Origin: a virus
Lineage: Duplodnaviria > Caudoviricetes
Direction: 5' to 3' (one strand)
IMG/VR virus record: IMGVR_UViG_3300027971_000003
Location: 1-60,471 of that record
Length of the DNA: 60,471 bases
Shown: positions 56,922 through 60,471 of the stretch, piece after piece
Numbering within the stretch: the stretch's first letter is position 1
How the letters are laid out: every line of letters starts with the position of its first letter
The notes under the pieces: model-generated
What the model saw: the letters and a program-made list of their open reading frames with translations, nothing else
Told to the model about the DNA's origin: nothing
The model's database searches: none
Translations under genes and position numbers: made by a program

Positions 56922-57830
56922 TTACGAACCAGACGAACCGAAGATACCCAGCGGGTCGCTAACGCCGAAGCTGTAACGCTCACGGCTCTTATAGCGGCTG
57001 TTGCCGGTGTCGAAGTCTGCATCCATGCTGTTAGCCAGCGGCATACGAACGAAGTGCTTCAGGCCGTTCGGAACGTCCGTCGTCAGGAACCAACCATTGG
57101 TGTCCGTCAGATAGTGGTTAACACAAAAGCCTCCGCCAATTGAACTCATTGACTTCAGCGCGTTAATGTCGTTGTCAGCCGTACCAACACGACCCGGCGT
57201 CTTCAGCAGACGCTCTGACACAAACATCAACGACGGTGGGACAACCAATTTAACTGGTTTGGCGGCGATCAGCAGACCGCGCTCATCCGTCCAACCAGCG
57301 ATCTGAACAACAGCGGCCTCAAGCGAGGTCTCATTCAGGTCAACTTGGGTCGAAGGAGTGTTGGAGTTAACGCCACCAGAAACCAGCGGGTGAGAGGTGC
57401 TGCACAGAACCACACCGTCACCGTAGGTCGGGCCACCGGTAAATGCGTTGTTCAAGATTGCAGCAGCTTTAACCTGCTTGGTATACGCCATAGCACGAGC
57501 AAGTGCCTTCGTGTAGCGGCTCGAAAGACTGTCATACAAGTTGTCTTCGATAGCCTCTTCAGTCAGCGAAAAGCCCATAGCAATGGTTTCGTGCTGGTAA
57601 CGAGCCGTCCAAGCTTCTTGTGCATTGTCGTAAGCGATGGCAGAACCTTCGCCTTTGACCGGAGCAGCGGAGAAACCAGACAGTTTCGTCTCTTCTTCAA
57701 ACGAACGCTCAGAGGTTTCAGTTTCAAAAATCTCTTTGTGTTCTTCGCCATACTTTTTATACTCAAGACCAAACAAGGCGTTCAGGCCGGGAAGGAGTTC
57801 TTTGAGTAGTTGTGCGCGTGAAATAGCCAT
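56922..57830 (-). CDS. Major capsid protein (Mu gpT-like HK97 fold)
   Basis: MAISRAQLLKELLPGLNALFG, EEAIEDNLY, LVVPP and RERYSFG.SDP motifs. Confidence 0.9.
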   Translation of the reverse strand: MAISRAQLLKELLPGLNALFGLEYKKYGEEHKEIFETETSERSFEEETKLSGFSAAPVKGEGSAIAYDNAQEAWTARYQHETIAMGFSLTEEAIEDNLYDSLSSRYTKALARAMAYTKQVKAAAILNNAFTGGPTYGDGVVLCSTSHPLVSGGVNSNTPSTQVDLNETSLEAAVVQIAGWTDERGLLIAAKPVKLVVPPSLMFVSERLLKTPGRVGTADNDINALKSMSSIGGGFCVNHYLTDTNGWFLTTDVPNGLKHFVRMPLANSMDADFDTGNSRYKSRERYSFGVSDPLGIFGSSGS

Positions 57831-57841
57831 TATTTATTCTC

Positions 57842-58456
57842 CTAGACGCCGGTTGCAAGGCGATATTGATGAATGCCTTGGTTCCACGACACCAGAACTT
57901 CGACAAAGGAACCGGTCGCTGGGGCGGTATCAGGCACAACGTCCACAACCTTACACGGGATTGCTGCCGTGGTTGCGGTGCTGTTAAGGACACAATGTGC
58001 GCTGTTGCCGGTGGTGGTGCTACCAGCGTTAACAACCAGCGAAGTATTCCCGCCAACCAGATTTGCACGAGTAGCTTGAGCAACAGTGGTAGTGCCGGAA
58101 ACAATCGCGGTCTTCATCACCAGATCGGGATCATCCGCAACATACGCGGTGATAGCCGACGCGGTGTCCGGGGTACCGGTCGTCAGGGCGGGGTAATATT
58201 GCCCATAAACGCGCTGACCCAATGAGTTGATGTAGCTGCAACCCATAAAGATACCAACGACGTTAACGGTAGTAGCGGTCAGCACAGCCGTAGTGATACA
58301 GCCGTTGGAAGACATCAGAACAACGTCACCAAAGTAAATGCTGGTGCCGTGCGCCGTTTGGATCGGAATTTGCCGGGTTGAGCCAGCAAAGACTTGTCCG
58401 CCCAGCAGATTGACGGGGATTAGCCCGTACGGTGCTGAAACAGTAGGATAAGCCAT
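57842..58456 (-). CDS. Putative capsid cement/decoration protein
   Basis: APYGL.P, GD.V, GIF.GC.Y and V.DDP motifs; upstream of the MCP. Confidence 0.6.
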   Translation of the reverse strand: MAYPTVSAPYGLIPVNLLGGQVFAGSTRQIPIQTAHGTSIYFGDVVLMSSNGCITTAVLTATTVNVVGIFMGCSYINSLGQRVYGQYYPALTTGTPDTASAITAYVADDPDLVMKTAIVSGTTTVAQATRANLVGGNTSLVVNAGSTTTGNSAHCVLNSTATTAAIPCKVVDVVPDTAPATGSFVEVLVSWNQGIHQYRLATGV

Positions 58457-58471
58457 TTAAAACTCCTAAGA

Positions 58472-58921
58472 TTAAGCTCCGGTGCCAAAAGTAACTTTAG
58501 TCCGGTGGTCTTTGAAAAGTGGCATCCGTGGATCGTTTTCCCGCATAAGGTTGTTATCCACAGACTGCATTTGTTTATCCGTTTGATCTTTGAAATACGC
58601 TCTCCGATCATCCGTTATTTCCGTTGGCATCTTGCAAAGCATGAGGCCACCTATCACGACGTTGTCCTTAAACCGTTCGTTCTCAACAGCCGACAGGAAA
58701 ATCTCGGGGTGATCTACAGCTTTAACAGGCTCCCAACCTTCACGAAGCTTAAGGGAAACATTCATGGGGTCAGCTTCACCACGGGTACTTAGGCGCACCC
58801 AGCGAAAGTCATATCCGGCCTCGGGGTTGGGACTAGGCAATACATCTGGCTTAATCCAACTACGTTTCCGCTCTGTCTTTTCACGGGTCTCTAATTCACG
58901 AGCAACTCTGTTCTCAGCCAT
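58472..58921 (-). CDS. Conserved head-module protein
   Basis: RWVR...REGWEPV...GGLMLC motif. Confidence 0.6.
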   Translation of the reverse strand: MAENRVARELETREKTERKRSWIKPDVLPSPNPEAGYDFRWVRLSTRGEADPMNVSLKLREGWEPVKAVDHPEIFLSAVENERFKDNVVIGGLMLCKMPTEITDDRRAYFKDQTDKQMQSVDNNLMRENDPRMPLFKDHRTKVTFGTGA

Positions 58922-59912
58922 TTTGTTTCCTCATATCTTCAGCAACCTGTTTGGCGTAAAGTTCCAACGGAAGTCCCAACCGTTTAGCTAGGGCAACTTG
59001 TGTCTTCGTCAGCGTGATTTTTCTGGGCGCAACGCTGCGGGTTACAGGTGCCACTACGTTATTTCTACGACGCGGTTCCGCTGGTTCATCTGCTCCCTCA
59101 AAATTATCGGGGAAGACTTGGTGCATACGAGAGTTGATCTTCTCGTAGTATTCGTCAGATTGAGGGCTGACGCCCTGTTTCACCAGTTTCTGGTGCAACC
59201 CCAAGGCAAAACTTGTCATCTCATCATCAGGCCCAAACCACGGATTGTTTTGTTGCCAATCCAAAGCCTTTGAATCTACGACCGCTTGTGGGGCGTTTAA
59301 ACGAGCTTCTACATTACTCTCAGGTTCTTGTAAAGAGGGTAAAGTAAAATTATTTATCTTGTCCGCTTTGATCTTGGCGGAAGTGAATTCTTCCTGCGCC
59401 TTAATAATAGCGTCTGGATCACCCGCTTCATAAGCTTGTTTATAGCGATATTTAGCTACATTAATTTCGCCCGTTACTTCCTTTTTAGCTTGCTCAAGAA
59501 GAACTTTTTGATTCTCGTTAACAGCGCCTTTAAGCTGTTTATTCTCTTCGACAAGCTGTTGAGCAATCCGTAGGGCTTCTTCTTTCTCCCTCTGGGCTGA
59601 CTCTGCAAGGCGACGCTGGTCGTGGAATCCTTTGCTGAAGTGTTTAAGGCGTTTGCGGGTTTTCTCCGAGTAACTCTCAAGCTCTTCGTCGGTGATTTCA
59701 TCGGGTTGTTTAGACTGCTTTTTGCCTTGATCTTCCTTGGGGGTGTCATCAATCACCTCAATTTCGACTTTAGGTTCTTTGGCGGGTTCTTCCGTTTGTG
59801 TGGAAGCCAAGCCTTCAACGACGATTTGAATACTATCTTCGCCCTCCACAGCCGGTTGATTCTCTGGTTTTTCGGGGTCTGGAAACTCAAACTCTACTTT
59901 TTCAAAAGCCAT
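58914..59912 (-). CDS. Capsid scaffolding protein
   Basis: Acidic coiled coil, NPWFG, C-terminal LT..QV..AKRLG...E.YAK. Confidence 0.75.
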   Translation of the reverse strand: MAFEKVEFEFPDPEKPENQPAVEGEDSIQIVVEGLASTQTEEPAKEPKVEIEVIDDTPKEDQGKKQSKQPDEITDEELESYSEKTRKRLKHFSKGFHDQRRLAESAQREKEEALRIAQQLVEENKQLKGAVNENQKVLLEQAKKEVTGEINVAKYRYKQAYEAGDPDAIIKAQEEFTSAKIKADKINNFTLPSLQEPESNVEARLNAPQAVVDSKALDWQQNNPWFGPDDEMTSFALGLHQKLVKQGVSPQSDEYYEKINSRMHQVFPDNFEGADEPAEPRRRNNVVAPVTRSVAPRKITLTKTQVALAKRLGLPLELYAKQVAEDMRKQNG

Positions 59913-59922
59913 ATAAAACTCC

Positions 59923-60294
59923 TTATGCGCGGGTTACGCCACGCGGGTCGGCTACGATGGCATCAATGCTGTCATCATTCATCAGGCGGTATTCCACCCC
60001 ATCTACCTTGAAGCGCGTTCCAGAATTTGCCCGAAACAGCACGTAATCCCCTGCTTTACACCACGGGCCTGTTGGATAACGCTCTGCATCAGCATAGGCT
60101 TGTGCGCCCATATCCAAGACCAAACCGACAACCGTCATCAGCTTTTCCTCAAATACAGTCTTGTCTGCCTTGATAATTCCCACTTCACTGAAGGTTTCTT
60201 CCACCTGCGGTAGCGCGATCAGCAACTTGTAACCAACTGGTTTTGGTAGTTGTTGTTCCAATTCGTCGTCGGTTATAGCGATTTGTTCAGTCAT
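59923..60294 (-). CDS. GroES-like co-chaperonin
   Basis: P.GYKLLI, GII, G.V...G, WC..GD.V.F...SG and RLMNDD.I.A; start at ATG 60294. Confidence 0.8.
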   Translation of the reverse strand: MTEQIAITDDELEQQLPKPVGYKLLIALPQVEETFSEVGIIKADKTVFEEKLMTVVGLVLDMGAQAYADAERYPTGPWCKAGDYVLFRANSGTRFKVDGVEYRLMNDDSIDAIVADPRGVTRA

Positions 60295-60344
60295 CTTCTT
60301 CATCCATTTGAGAACGCGAAAGGTCTTTAGTTGATTGGACAGCC

Positions 60345-60471
60345 AGTCGTAGACCCCGGACACGACCCGCTACCTCACGATATTCGGCGTAGTCTTTAGC
60401 TCCACCGTTTATCAAGAAGTCCGCAGAGGAAGCAATGTCTTCCTCGAATTTTTCTATCAGCACATCAAAGA
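60345..60471. repeat. 127-bp terminal direct repeat (copy 2)
   Basis: Identical to 1-127. Confidence 0.95.

Noticed and set aside
203-60046. Many antisense and nested ORFs in the six-frame track
   Set aside because: They are shadows of well-supported genes, with no RBS or recognisable motifs.
59923-60363. Track start at 60363 for the GroES-like ORF, and similar long starts at 7117, 8160, 18283 and 22696
   Set aside because: They overlap upstream genes or regulatory elements; downstream ATGs with RBS or stop-start overlap fit better.
1-60471. tRNA genes, DNA polymerase, DNA methyltransferase, alternative genetic code
   Set aside because: None recognised by eye and long genes are intact under the standard code; tRNAscan and HMM searches would be needed to exclude them fully.

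Overview
The window is a complete, circularly permuted tailed-phage genome of about 60.3 kb: bases 1-127 repeat exactly at 60345-60471 and a small gene runs across that junction. Gene content looks podovirus-like. A minus-strand late arm encodes TerS/TerL, portal, a GroES-like protein, scaffold, major capsid protein, tail adaptor/nozzle, a tail fibre with S74 chaperone, lysis genes, internal virion proteins and a 2962-aa polyvalent protein. A plus-strand early arm has many small genes, an SprT-like protease and a CobS/MoxR-like AAA+ with a split CobT-like partner. Replication/recombination genes are a T7 gp4/Twinkle-like primase-helicase, RusA, a PD-(D/E)XK exonuclease, ERF, a tyrosine recombinase and a Ref-like nuclease; no DNA polymerase, methyltransferase, tRNA or CRISPR was seen. 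The most striking signals are non-coding. (i) The palindrome GTTTAAAC occurs at least 44 times by my manual count (about 1 expected), 37 of them in 4.4-32.4 kb. (ii) Two intact type II hammerhead ribozymes sit between early genes. (iii) A candidate ~90-nt sRNA with its own promoter and terminator carries the exact complement of a GGAGGCTCA ribosome-binding site shared by seven genes. Several other structured RNA elements and a family of TTGCAT/TATYRT promoters are also present. Protein calls come from motif recognition only; no searches were run.
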